From NCBI GenBank assembly GCA_046484865.1, contig JAWOID010000123.1, forward strand, positions 1 through 61,483: a stretch of 61,483 nt of DNA. The letters run 5' to 3'. The DNA comes from Candidatus Krumholzibacteriia bacterium. Lineage in GTDB: Bacteria; Krumholzibacteriota; Krumholzibacteriia; LZORAL124-64-63. A program made the translations under genes and the position numbers. Below the pieces are notes generated by a model, which made no database searches, had not been told where the DNA came from, and worked only from the letters and a program-made list of their open reading frames with translations. Within the stretch, counting starts at the first letter, position 1; every line of letters starts with the position of its first letter. Positions 45,595 through 55,344 of this stretch are shown one piece after another.

Positions 45595-46974
45595 ATGAAC
45601 CTCGAAGCCGTTCCGGTGCCCCGCGACATCCCCCTGCCGCTGCCGGCGGACCCCGTGCTGCTGCAGGCGCTGCTCGTGGTGCTCTTCCTGCTGCACATCC
45701 TGTTCGTGAACCTCATGCTGGGCGGCTCGCTGCTGACGGTGGGGCTGGAGATCCTCGGACTGCGGCGGCGCGAGTACGACCGGCTGGCGCACGAGGTGGC
45801 CGCCACCGTGACGGTGAACAAGAGCCTGGCGGTCGTCCTGGGGGTGGGACCGCTGCTGGCGATCAACGTCCTCTACACGCTCCCCTTCTACACCGCCAAC
45901 GCGCTCACGGGTGCGGCCTGGATGAGCATGGTGCCGCTGGTGATCCTGGCGTTCCTGATCACCTACGCCCACAAGTACACCTGGGAACGGCTGGAGGACG
46001 CCAAGGGGCTGCACATCGCCATCGGGCTGGCCGGAGCGGGCCTGTTCCTGTTCATCCCGCTGATCTTCCTCGCGAACGTCAACCTGATGCTCTTCCCGGA
46101 CCGCTGGACCGACGTGCGAGGCTTCTTCTCCGCGCTCGTCCTTCCGAACGTCTGGCCGCGCTACCTGCACTTCCTCACCGCCAGCGTGGCCGTGACCGGA
46201 CTCTTCCTCATCATCGACATGACGCGGGCGGCCTACCCGGTCGAGGAGCGGCTACCGGAGTTCGACCGCCCCCGGCTCAGGCGCACGTTCTACGGCATTG
46301 CGCTGGGCGCCACGCTCCTGCAGCTGCTCTTCGGGCCGCTGCTCCTGTTCACCCTCCCCAGCATCGGCATGTCGGGCTTCCTGCTGCTGGTCGTGACCTT
46401 CGGCGCGAGCTGCGGCATCGCCGCCATGGTGGTGATGTGGCAGGAGATCGTCCGGCCGGCAGCGCAGCCGCAGACACGTCTGGCCGTCACGGTCGCGCTG
46501 ATCACCGCCACCGCCTTCGCCATGGGCTACGGCCGGCACGTCTACCGCGAGAACGCGCTGCAGGAGCACCGCGCACGCGTGGCCGAGGCCACCCGGGTCC
46601 ATGGCTGGGAGCTGGCCGCAGCGAGCTGGCGCGCTGCCACCGGGGAGCCGCTGGAGCAGGTGCCGCCGGGCCGCAAGGTGTTCGAGGGCACCTGCGCCGC
46701 GTGCCACGCGGTGGATCGCGTGCTGGTCGGTCCGTCCCTCGTGGAGATCGCCGGCGTCTACGCCGGCGACGTCGAGGGGCTGATGGCCTGGACGGAGCAG
46801 CCCGGACGCAAGCGCCCGGGCTTCCCGCCCATGCCCGCGTTCAAGCTGGGCGACGAGAAGCTGCGCGCGGTCGCGGCCTACATCCTGGAACTGGGCGCGG
46901 GCGTGGACGCCGGCCCTGAGCCGGACCGTGCCCGCGCCGCGGAACCGCCGCTTTCCGCCGGAGGGCGGAGTTGA
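45595..46974 (+). CDS. Multi-TM partner subunit (CydA'-like) with C-terminal class I cytochrome c
   Basis: LHILFVN, GVGPLL, PRYLHF His-bearing TM helices; CAACH..VGP...MPAF. Confidence 0.7.
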   Translation: MNLEAVPVPRDIPLPLPADPVLLQALLVVLFLLHILFVNLMLGGSLLTVGLEILGLRRREYDRLAHEVAATVTVNKSLAVVLGVGPLLAINVLYTLPFYTANALTGAAWMSMVPLVILAFLITYAHKYTWERLEDAKGLHIAIGLAGAGLFLFIPLIFLANVNLMLFPDRWTDVRGFFSALVLPNVWPRYLHFLTASVAVTGLFLIIDMTRAAYPVEERLPEFDRPRLRRTFYGIALGATLLQLLFGPLLLFTLPSIGMSGFLLLVVTFGASCGIAAMVVMWQEIVRPAAQPQTRLAVTVALITATAFAMGYGRHVYRENALQEHRARVAEATRVHGWELAAASWRAATGEPLEQVPPGRKVFEGTCAACHAVDRVLVGPSLVEIAGVYAGDVEGLMAWTEQPGRKRPGFPPMPAFKLGDEKLRAVAAYILELGAGVDAGPEPDRARAAEPPLSAGGRS

Positions 46975-47129
46975 CCCCGTGGGCGGGTCGAGGCGTTTCG
47001 TCCTGGCGCATTCGCTGATTTGGAATACAGTTTGGCCGTGCGGTCGCGCCGCGCGAGTGTGGCGCGGTCCCCTGGAACCCGGAGGGAAGCAGAAACGCCG
47101 CGCGGATGGATCCGCGAGGGGGAAATCAT

Positions 47130-47438
47130 ATGGCTCTGAAGAAGAAGAACCTCAAGAGCAAGCCCGTCACCAAGGTCACCTTCGAGCTCCCCGCCACCAG
47201 CGCCCGCGAGGCGGCTCAGGTCTGGCTCGTCGGCGACTTCAACGAGTGGGATCGTCGCGCCACTCCCATGAAGCGGCTCAAGAATGGCGGCTTCAAGGTC
47301 ACGGTCGATCTCGAGCGCGGCCGCGAGTATCAGTTCCGCTACCTCCTGGACGGGAACGTCTGGGAGAACGACGAGGCCGCCGACCGCTACATCGCCAGCG
47401 GATTCGAGGGTGCCGAGAACTCGGTGGTCGAGGCTTGA
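47130..47438 (+). CDS. Isoamylase early-set / CBM48-like glycogen-binding protein
   Basis: KVTFELP, VGDFNEW, YQFRYLLDG.WEND..AD.Y. Confidence 0.85.
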   Translation: MALKKKNLKSKPVTKVTFELPATSAREAAQVWLVGDFNEWDRRATPMKRLKNGGFKVTVDLERGREYQFRYLLDGNVWENDEAADRYIASGFEGAENSVVEA

Positions 47439-47594
47439 CGGCCTGACCCCGACACGGACCGGGCAGAGGCTCGCGCCCCGACAGGGCGCGCTCGGCAGCG
47501 ATGGCGGACCTCCCGGCCTATCCTGTACGCAGTATGCGGGCGCGGCGACGAAGGCGGGCGATGTCGCGCAGATGTCTCGCTCCAGGGAGCAGTC

Positions 47595-48239
47595 GTGTTC
47601 GAGCGCCGGCCACTGCGCACCCACATCCGCGACGAGATCCTCGCGCGGCTCGTCAGCGGCGATCTGGCAGCGGGCGATCGCATCAACGAATCACGGCTCT
47701 CGGTGGAGCTCGCGGTCAGCCGCACGCCCCTGCGCGAGGCGCTCATCTGCCTGGTGGAGCAGGGCCTGCTGCTGACGAGCCCCGGCCGGGGCTTCCTGGT
47801 GCCGGACCTCGACTCCGGCGCGTTCCGCGAGACGGGCGAAGTGCTGGCGATCCTGGAGCCGGCGCTCGTGCGCGAGATCGTGCCGCCGTCGCCGGACCTG
47901 CTGATGGAACTGGGCAACCATCTCAGCCGCGCTCGCCTGGGCGACGGCGGGTCGCCTGCCCGGCTGGCGGTCCTGCTGTTCCGCTTCAGCGAGTCGCTCG
48001 CGCTGCGCTGCCCCGTGCGGCGCCTGGCCGACCTCGTGGTGCAGCAGGTGGAGTTCACCCTGCGCTACCTGCGTGCCGCACGCACGAACGGCTGGGATCC
48101 GACGGCCTCCCTGGACGACCTGCAAGTCCTGGTCGACGAGTTGCGCCGCGCCGAGCCCGGACCGGCGGCGGCGGCGGCCGCCGAGTGGCGGCGCCAGCTC
48201 ACGCGCCGCGTCATCGAACACCTGCCGGGGCCCGACTGA
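47595..48239 (+). CDS. GntR family transcriptional regulator
   Basis: GDRINE..LSVELAVSRTPLREAL...GRGF wHTH. Confidence 0.85.
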   Translation: MFERRPLRTHIRDEILARLVSGDLAAGDRINESRLSVELAVSRTPLREALICLVEQGLLLTSPGRGFLVPDLDSGAFRETGEVLAILEPALVREIVPPSPDLLMELGNHLSRARLGDGGSPARLAVLLFRFSESLALRCPVRRLADLVVQQVEFTLRYLRAARTNGWDPTASLDDLQVLVDELRRAEPGPAAAAAAEWRRQLTRRVIEHLPGPD

Positions 48240-48399
48240 GGGTTCCGGACCCGTTGGCGGAAAACGCTCGAGGCCTGCGGTCAGAATACCGGACTGTACT
48301 CAACCTCTTGCCGGTCGGCAGCCTTACTGGTATGCTACGTGCTTCCGGCAGGGACCGATGCCTGTATGCCGGGCTGCAGTCGAGCCGGGGGATCGCGTG

Positions 48400-48906
48400 A
48401 TGAGCATCGATCTGGAAATCAACGGACTTCAGGTGCGGCTGGGCGATCCGGAGGGCCCGGCGGCGCTACGGCAAGCCGGGTTCCGCTCCCCGCCCGTGTG
48501 GCGACGGCTGCTGCTGCGCGACAGCGATCGTTCGCGCTGGGTGGCGAACAACTGCACGGTGACCGCCTGGGACGGCGCGCTCAGCCTGTACCCGTGCATC
48601 GACCGCTACCTGAACCATGACCGCCGGTGGCAGACGCGGGCCGGGCTGGTCTATGCCGCGGGATGCCTGGAGGAAGTCAGCTTCGAGGTCATCGAGGGGA
48701 AGTACGCCGCACCCAATTACTTCGACCTCTTCCAGGACCTGTGCTCGAGAGACCTCGGCGACCCCCTGCACCACAACGGCCGCCTGGTCTGGAAGAACGG
48801 TCGCGCTCTGGCGGAAGGCGAACTGTCCCTGGACGGCCTCAACGCCCTGTTCCACTGGCGCCTGGCGGCGGCGGATCCTGGGGCGTCCCACCCCGGCGCG
48901 CGATGA
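48400..48906 (+). CDS. Hypothetical protein
   Basis: ATG after GGGGG; GC-rich third codon positions; upstream TGGTATGCT extended -10; 3' end overlaps the convergent cca gene. Confidence 0.55.
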   Translation: MSIDLEINGLQVRLGDPEGPAALRQAGFRSPPVWRRLLLRDSDRSRWVANNCTVTAWDGALSLYPCIDRYLNHDRRWQTRAGLVYAAGCLEEVSFEVIEGKYAAPNYFDLFQDLCSRDLGDPLHHNGRLVWKNGRALAEGELSLDGLNALFHWRLAAADPGASHPGAR

Positions 48907-50308
48907 GCCGGCGGGCACGCTCCAGTCCCTCCTCGGCCGTGATGAATCGCCCATCGAGCTGAGCTTCGTAGAGTTCCTCCAGCAAGGCACCCATCTGCGG
49001 TCCCGGCGACACGCCGAGCGCGATGAGGTCGCGCCCGCGCACCAGCGGCTGCGGACGGCTGTCCGCCACCGCCAGGGCGCGCGCACGCTCCAGCAGCCAG
49101 TCGCCCGCCGGGAACGTCCCCGCCAGCGGCGGACGGCCCAGCGCGTCGGCGCGGGCCACCCGCACCAGCCGGTCGATGCGGCCCACCTTGCTCGCCAGCC
49201 GCCGTATGGCCGCGTCCGAGGCGCCGGCGTCGTACAGCCCCTGCGGCTTGAGGTGATGCCGGACCAGCGGCACCACCGCCGCCACCAGATCTGCGTGAGC
49301 CGTCAGCCGCGCCAGGAATGAGCGGGTGGGCTCCTCGCCCGCCGACTCGTGCCGCAGGCTGCGGATGCGCTCGGTCTCTTCGTCCCTGCGCGTGGTGGCC
49401 GGCTTGCCCAGGTCGTGACAGAGGACGGCCAGCCCGACCACGAGATCCTCCCACGGGTCGTGCACCCTCTCGGCGGCGAAGGCATCGAGGGCGTGCAGGG
49501 TGTGTGTCCACACGTCTCCCTCGGGGTGCCAGACCGGGTCCTGGCCGCAATCCACGAGTGCCGCGAGTTCCGGATAGTGGTCCAGCCAGCCGCTCGCACG
49601 CAGGAACGTCAGGCCACGCGACGGCCGACGGCCCCTCACCACGAGCTTGCGCCACTCCTCGCCGATGCGCTCGCGCGCGAGACCTTCGGTGCCGATCCGG
49701 CGGCAGAGTGCCACCGTCTCCGGCGCCACGGTCATCTCGAAGCGCGCCGCCAGTTGCATGGCGCGCAGCACCCGCAGGGGATCCTCGACGAACGCCGCGG
49801 AGGCGTGGCGCAGCACCCGGTCACCGAGGTCGGCCAGGCCGCCCACCGGGTCCACCACCTCGGACTGCAGCGGATCGAGATAGAGCGCGTTCACGGTGAA
49901 GTCGCGCCGCCGGGCGGCCATCCCGAGCGGCAGGAAGGGATCGGCGTCCACCGTGAAACCGCGATGGCCCTGGCCCGTCTTCAGTTCCCGACGCGGGATG
50001 CTCACGTCGACCGGCAGCCCCCGCAGCTTCAGCACGCCGAAGGTGCGCCCCACCAGGTCGAGCCGATGATGGCGCTCGAGCAGCGCCTGCAGACGATGCG
50101 GCTCGAGACCGAACACCTCCAGGTCCAGGTCGCGCACCACCTCGCCCAGGAGGTGGTCGCGCACGCCGCCGCCCACCAGGTAGGCCGTGCCGCCCGCCTC
50201 GCGGACCCGCCGGGCGATGCCGGTCAGCACCTCTCCCAGCCGGGGCTCGTCGTACTGCAGCGGCCGCTGCAAGGGGCTTCGCAGGTAGGGCTCGCGGTCT
50301 GCATCCAT
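48839..50308 (-). CDS. cca: tRNA nucleotidyltransferase (CCA-adding, class II) with HD domain
   Basis: VGGGVRD..DLDLE, RRDFTVNA, EDPLRVLRA, HPEGDVWTH, CHDLGKP. Confidence 0.88.
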   Translation of the reverse strand: MDADREPYLRSPLQRPLQYDEPRLGEVLTGIARRVREAGGTAYLVGGGVRDHLLGEVVRDLDLEVFGLEPHRLQALLERHHRLDLVGRTFGVLKLRGLPVDVSIPRRELKTGQGHRGFTVDADPFLPLGMAARRRDFTVNALYLDPLQSEVVDPVGGLADLGDRVLRHASAAFVEDPLRVLRAMQLAARFEMTVAPETVALCRRIGTEGLARERIGEEWRKLVVRGRRPSRGLTFLRASGWLDHYPELAALVDCGQDPVWHPEGDVWTHTLHALDAFAAERVHDPWEDLVVGLAVLCHDLGKPATTRRDEETERIRSLRHESAGEEPTRSFLARLTAHADLVAAVVPLVRHHLKPQGLYDAGASDAAIRRLASKVGRIDRLVRVARADALGRPPLAGTFPAGDWLLERARALAVADSRPQPLVRGRDLIALGVSPGPQMGALLEELYEAQLDGRFITAEEGLERARRLIARRGGTPQDPPPPGASGTGR

Positions 50309-50458
50309 GGCGCGTCCTTCCGCCTCGCCAGCAGCATCGCCCGGCGGCGGAGGAAGTGCAAGCCCGCGCCGCGCCGCCGCTTGACCGGCCACGAGCCGGC
50401 GCGCACCTTGGGGCGGCGCGCGAGCCGCTCGGGCTCGCGCCGGTCCCGGAGGTCGCGG

Positions 50459-51265
50459 GTGGAGTTCACCCTGGGCGCCGCCGCCCTGCTCGTGGGCATG
50501 GGCGTGGCTGCCGGCGTGGCGGCAGGGTTCGTCGGCATCGGCGGCGGCATCGTGATGGTGCCGCTGCTGCTCGAGGTCTTCCGGAGCTTCGGACTCGGCG
50601 ATGCGGTCGTCGTCCAGTCCGCCATGGGAACGTCGCTGACGGTCGCCACCTTCTCGGTGGCGTCCTCCGCCTACCGGCATCACCGGCAGCGCAACGTGGT
50701 GTGGCACCTGGTGCCGTGGATCGCTCCGACCAGCATGCTGGGGGCGCGGCTCGCGGCCTGGGCGGCCGGGCACCTGGAGGGCACCTGGCTGCAGGTCGGA
50801 CTGGCGCTGGTCCTGCTCTGGGGCGCCCTGCGCATGCTCCGGGATCCGGAGCGCCCCGACCGCCCCATGCGCTCCGCGTCGTGGTACGTCTGGGCGCTGG
50901 TGGGCTTCGGGGTGGGGCTCTTCGCCGGCTTCAGCGGGCTGGCGGGCGGCAACGTGCTGGTGCCCGCGCTCGTCTTCTTCGCCCACGTGCCCACCCGCAA
51001 GCTGGCCGGCACCTCGAGCGCCGTGGTCATGTTCACCTCGGCCGCCGGTGCCGCCGGCTACATGCTGGGCGATCCGCCGCTGGCGCTCCCCGACGCCTTC
51101 GTCGGCTACGTCCACCTGCCGGCGGCGGCGTGCCTCGGTCTGACGGCCATTCCCGCCGCCCAGTTCGGGGCCTGGCTCAACCGGCGCGTGGGCTCCCGCG
51201 TCTACAAGCGCGTGTTCGGCGTGATCCTGCTGCTGGTGGTCGTGCGGCTGCTGCTGACGGCCTGA
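50459..51265 (+). CDS. Sulfite exporter TauE/SafE family protein
   Basis: GFVGIGGGIVMVP, AMGTSL, GFSGLAGG..LVP, AGTS; GTG after GGAGG. Confidence 0.88.
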   Translation: MEFTLGAAALLVGMGVAAGVAAGFVGIGGGIVMVPLLLEVFRSFGLGDAVVVQSAMGTSLTVATFSVASSAYRHHRQRNVVWHLVPWIAPTSMLGARLAAWAAGHLEGTWLQVGLALVLLWGALRMLRDPERPDRPMRSASWYVWALVGFGVGLFAGFSGLAGGNVLVPALVFFAHVPTRKLAGTSSAVVMFTSAAGAAGYMLGDPPLALPDAFVGYVHLPAAACLGLTAIPAAQFGAWLNRRVGSRVYKRVFGVILLLVVVRLLLTA

Positions 51266-51411
51266 TCGGGCTGCCACCGCGCGGCCCGCCGTTCGCCGGC
51301 CCGATTCGTCGCCCCTCCGGTTGCACTTGTCATTTCTTGCGGACGGGGGCACCCTGTGACGGGTGCTCACCGTGACTGAACCGTGACCGGCTCCACCCGG
51401 GGAGATCGCCG

Positions 51412-52758
51412 ATGGACGTCGCCCTCCTCTCCCGCATCCAGTTCGCCGTCACCATCGGTTTCCACTACATCTTCCCTCCCCTGAGCATCGGCCTCGGCCT
51501 GATCCTGGTGCTGATGGAGGGGACCTACCTGAAGACGCGCAATCCCGTCTACCAGCAGATGACGCGGTTCTGGGTGCGGATCTTCGGACTCATCTTCGCC
51601 TTCGGCGTGGGCACCGGCATCGTCATGGAGTTCCAGTTCGGCACCAACTGGTCCGACTATTCCCGCTTCGTGGGCGACGTCTTCGGCAGTCCGCTGGCCG
51701 CGGAGGGGATCTTCGCCTTCTTCCTCGAATCCGGCTTCCTGGCCCTGCTGCTGTTCGGCTGGGACCGGATCGGCCCGCGCATGCATTTCACCTCCACCGT
51801 CCTGGTGGCTCTCGGGGCCCACTTCAGCGCCATCTGGATCGTGGTGGCCAACAGCTGGATGCAGACGCCGGCGGGCTATCACATCGTGGAGACCCCCTAC
51901 GGTGCGCGTGCCGAGATCACCAGCTTCTGGGAAGCGGTGCTGAATCCCTCCACGCTGGACCGGCTCAGCCACACGCTCATGGGCACCTGGCAGGCCGGGG
52001 CGTTCTTCGTCATCTCGGTGGCTTCGTTCTATCTCCTGCGCCGCAAGCACGAGGACTTCGCACGACAGTCCATCCGCATCGCCCTGGTGGTGGCGATGCT
52101 GGGCTCCACCCTGCAGCTGGTCACCGGCCATGCGAGCGGCATCACGGTGGCCGAGCACCAGCCCGCCAAGCTGGCCGCATTCGAGGGGATCTACCGATCC
52201 GGGCCCAACGCCGAGCTGGGACTCTTCGGCTGGGTGGACGAGGAGAACCGCCGGGTCCACGCGTTCGCGCTCCCCGGCATGCTGAGCTGGCTCATCGGCG
52301 GCTCCACCGCTCACGAGATCCAGGGCCTGGAGGCGTTCCCGGAGGAGGACTGGCCACCGGTGCAGCTGTCGTTCCAGGTCTACCACCTGATGGTGGCGAT
52401 CGGCATGGCGCTCATCCTGCTGTCCTGGGGAGGCGGTCTGCTGGCGTGGCGAGGCGTCCTGTTCCGGCACCGGTGGATGCTCTGGGTGCTGGTCTTCGCG
52501 GTCCTGCTCCCGATGTTCGCCAATCAGCTCGGCTGGGCGGCAGCCGAGGTGGGACGGCAGCCCTGGGTCGTCTACGGGATCATGCGCACCGCGGACGGCG
52601 TGAGCGACACGGTGAGCGCGAGCAACGTCCTCGTCTCGCTCGTCCTCTTCACGTTGATCTACGTGGCCCTGCTCGTCGTCTTCCTGCTGTTGCTGGACCA
52701 GAAGGTGAGAAAGGGCCCGCTGGAAGAGGACCTGGTCGGGTGGAAGGAGGAGGCATGA
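51412..52758 (+). CDS. cydA: Cytochrome bd ubiquinol oxidase subunit I (short Q-loop)
   Basis: [44 protein letters not shown]. Confidence 0.95.
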   Translation: MDVALLSRIQFAVTIGFHYIFPPLSIGLGLILVLMEGTYLKTRNPVYQQMTRFWVRIFGLIFAFGVGTGIVMEFQFGTNWSDYSRFVGDVFGSPLAAEGIFAFFLESGFLALLLFGWDRIGPRMHFTSTVLVALGAHFSAIWIVVANSWMQTPAGYHIVETPYGARAEITSFWEAVLNPSTLDRLSHTLMGTWQAGAFFVISVASFYLLRRKHEDFARQSIRIALVVAMLGSTLQLVTGHASGITVAEHQPAKLAAFEGIYRSGPNAELGLFGWVDEENRRVHAFALPGMLSWLIGGSTAHEIQGLEAFPEEDWPPVQLSFQVYHLMVAIGMALILLSWGGGLLAWRGVLFRHRWMLWVLVFAVLLPMFANQLGWAAAEVGRQPWVVYGIMRTADGVSDTVSASNVLVSLVLFTLIYVALLVVFLLLLDQKVRKGPLEEDLVGWKEEA

Positions 52759-53780
52759 GCGCCGAGACGCTGAGCACCATCTGGTATGTCCTGGTGGGCG
52801 TGCTGTTCACGGGCTATGCCGTCCTCGACGGCTTCGATCTCGGCGTGGGCGGTTTGCACCTGTTCGCCCGGGGCGACGGCGATCGCCGCATCTTCCTGAA
52901 CGCCATCGGCCCGTTCTGGGACGGCAACCAGGTGTGGCTGGTGACCGGTGGCGGGGCGCTCTTCGCCGCCTTCCCCCACGTGTACGCCACCGCGTTCAGC
53001 GGCTTCTACATGGCGTTCATCCTGCTGCTGTTCACCCTGATCTTCCGCGGGATCTCCATCCACGTGCGCAGCCTGCGCGAGGCCAGCCCGTGGCGGACCT
53101 TCTGGGACTGGGCGTTCAGCGTCTCCAGCGTCCTGGCCTCCTTCCTCATCGGCGTGGCCATGGGGAACATCGCCTGGGGGGTGCCGCTGGACGACAACTT
53201 CCGCTACTTCGGCGCGCTCCTGGCCCAGCTGAACCCCTACGCCGTGATCACCGGGGTGACGGTGGTGGCGCTCTTCATGATGCACGGCGCCATCTTCCTG
53301 CTGATGAAGACCGAGGGCGAGCTGCACGAGAAGGTGCGCGGATGGGTGCGGCCCACCATCATCTTCTTCGTCCTGATGTACGCGATCACCACGATGGCCA
53401 CTCTGCTCTACCTGCCGCAGATGGCCGCACCGTTCCGGGACCGCCCGGTGCTCTTCCTCGTGCCGCTGCTCAGCCTGCTGGCGATCGCCAACGTGCCCAG
53501 GGAGGTGCATCACGGCCGCGACTGGCGGGCGTTCCTGTCCTCGGGCCTGGCCATCGTCTCCCTGCTCGCGCTCTTCGGCATCGGCATGTTTCCGGAGCTG
53601 ATCCACTCGCGCCCCGCGCCCGAGCACAGCATGACCGCCTTCAACGCCTCCAGCAGCCGCAAGACGCTGCAGGTGATGCTGATCATGGCGATCATCGGCA
53701 TGCCGCTCGTGCTCGGCTACACGGCCCACATCTACCGCGTGTTCCGCGGCAAGGTGCGGATGGACTCCATGTCGTATTGA
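52755..53780 (+). CDS. cydB: Cytochrome bd ubiquinol oxidase subunit II
   Basis: LDGFDLGVG, GPFWDGNQVWL, FAAFP, YRVFRGKV; ATGA overlap with cydA. Confidence 0.95.
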   Translation: MSAETLSTIWYVLVGVLFTGYAVLDGFDLGVGGLHLFARGDGDRRIFLNAIGPFWDGNQVWLVTGGGALFAAFPHVYATAFSGFYMAFILLLFTLIFRGISIHVRSLREASPWRTFWDWAFSVSSVLASFLIGVAMGNIAWGVPLDDNFRYFGALLAQLNPYAVITGVTVVALFMMHGAIFLLMKTEGELHEKVRGWVRPTIIFFVLMYAITTMATLLYLPQMAAPFRDRPVLFLVPLLSLLAIANVPREVHHGRDWRAFLSSGLAIVSLLALFGIGMFPELIHSRPAPEHSMTAFNASSSRKTLQVMLIMAIIGMPLVLGYTAHIYRVFRGKVRMDSMSY

Positions 53781-53887
53781 CCCGGCGAGCACAAGGGCAG
53801 CATTGGACATTGCCAGTTCCTGCGACCGACGAGCCTGCCGGCGCGCCCGGCGGAACCGGCGCCCGGTAGCGGAAGGCCGCTCATGAA

Positions 53888-55174
53888 TCATGCGGGCTCA
53901 TCTCGACGTCCCGCATCAAGCCCCCCGCGAGCCGCCAGACGCGCGGAACCGGCCGCCGCGGCGAGGAAGAGCAGGGCCGCGAGGCCGAAGACCTCGCGGT
54001 AGCCGAAGGCCTGGAGCACCACGAATCCGAGCAGCGGTCCGAACAAACCTCTCACCCCCACCATCGCCACGTGGATGCCCTGGTAATAGCCGCCCGCCCC
54101 CGCCGGTGCGAAGGCGATCGAGCCCACGTTCCAGGCCACATTGATCCCGGACATTCCCACCGAGTAGACGGCGAAGGCCAGGTAAGCGGCCAGTTCCGGC
54201 TGACCCGGCAGCAGGTGTGCGCCCACTGCGAGCGTCAGCGGAAAGAGGCTGATCCACGCGAACGAGACGGTGCACAGCCGCACGGGATTGAGACGGTCCA
54301 TGAGCCGGCCGGCCAGCGGGCCGAGCAGACCCAGCCCCAGCGAGCCGATGAGCACGCGCGAGGAGGCGATGTCGCCGTAGCTCAGGTGCAGTTCGTTGGC
54401 GAAGAAGAGCGGGACCACGGGTCCGAGCATCATGAACGCGAGCCCGTAGATCATGAAGTTGGCCTCGAAATGGAAGAAGCCGCGATCGTCGCGGAACGTT
54501 CTCACCGTCTCGCGGAACGGCGCCACCAGGGCGCCGGCCAGGCGCCGCCAGCGCACCGGGCCCAGCGGCAAGCGCGGTACGACGAAGATGCGGTCGGGAT
54601 CGTAAGCGACGTCGCCGGCCGGTCGCGGCAGACGCGACAGGATCAGCGGGTAGCCGAAGCCCAGCAGGCCGAGCACGGGGTAGACCCAGCGAAAGAGGTC
54701 GGGATCGCGCTCGAGCACCAGCCCCACCGCCACGCTGGTGACGGCGGCGGTCAGGTGCTGCACGCGGGCGCCGCGGCCGAACACGGAGCCGCGGCGATCG
54801 GGGCGGATGTTGGCCTGCAGGATGCCGTTCTGGGCGGGATAGATGATGGGGCCGAACCCGTACACCGCCGTCAGCAGGAGCACGAACGTGCCCGGGTCGC
54901 GGACGCCGACGGCCGCCACCGTGACCGCCCGCCCGGCGAGACCGCCCCAGAAGAGGAATCGCCGCCGCCCGCCCCTCACCATGAGCTGGCCCCAGTAGAG
55001 CGCCAGCAGCATGCCGCTGGTCTCCAGCATCACCGCCACGGTGACCAGCCAGCTCGGGGCGTCCAGCGACTTGGCCAGCACGAAGGGAAACAGGTAGGCG
55101 CCCGTCGTCCAGATGCCCTGGAAGACCATCCCCAGCAGGTAGCGGCGGATCGTGAGGCGTTCGAGGGCTTCCAT
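53888..55174 (-). CDS. MFS transporter
   Basis: About 12 hydrophobic helices; GRLMDRL loop; RGLFGPLLG. Confidence 0.8.
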   Translation of the reverse strand: MEALERLTIRRYLLGMVFQGIWTTGAYLFPFVLAKSLDAPSWLVTVAVMLETSGMLLALYWGQLMVRGGRRRFLFWGGLAGRAVTVAAVGVRDPGTFVLLLTAVYGFGPIIYPAQNGILQANIRPDRRGSVFGRGARVQHLTAAVTSVAVGLVLERDPDLFRWVYPVLGLLGFGYPLILSRLPRPAGDVAYDPDRIFVVPRLPLGPVRWRRLAGALVAPFRETVRTFRDDRGFFHFEANFMIYGLAFMMLGPVVPLFFANELHLSYGDIASSRVLIGSLGLGLLGPLAGRLMDRLNPVRLCTVSFAWISLFPLTLAVGAHLLPGQPELAAYLAFAVYSVGMSGINVAWNVGSIAFAPAGAGGYYQGIHVAMVGVRGLFGPLLGFVVLQAFGYREVFGLAALLFLAAAAGSARLAARGGLDAGRRDEPA

Positions 55175-55344
55175 CGGCGAATGATGGTCGCTGGAGCACG
55201 GCCGGGCCAGTGCGCGCGGACACGTCGTCGCCGCCACGGCCGATTGGCCCTCAACTCGCCGTGGACACGGTCGAAGACACCTCCGACGAGTGAAGGGCCG
55301 TCCGCGGGGGCGGACGCGACGGTCTGCGTCCAGGAAGGTGTGAG

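Noticed and set aside
51335..51375. TGTGA...TCAC upstream of cydA as a CRP/FNR/Rex site
   Set aside because: Spacing is N7 rather than N6 and the match is weak; not supportable by eye
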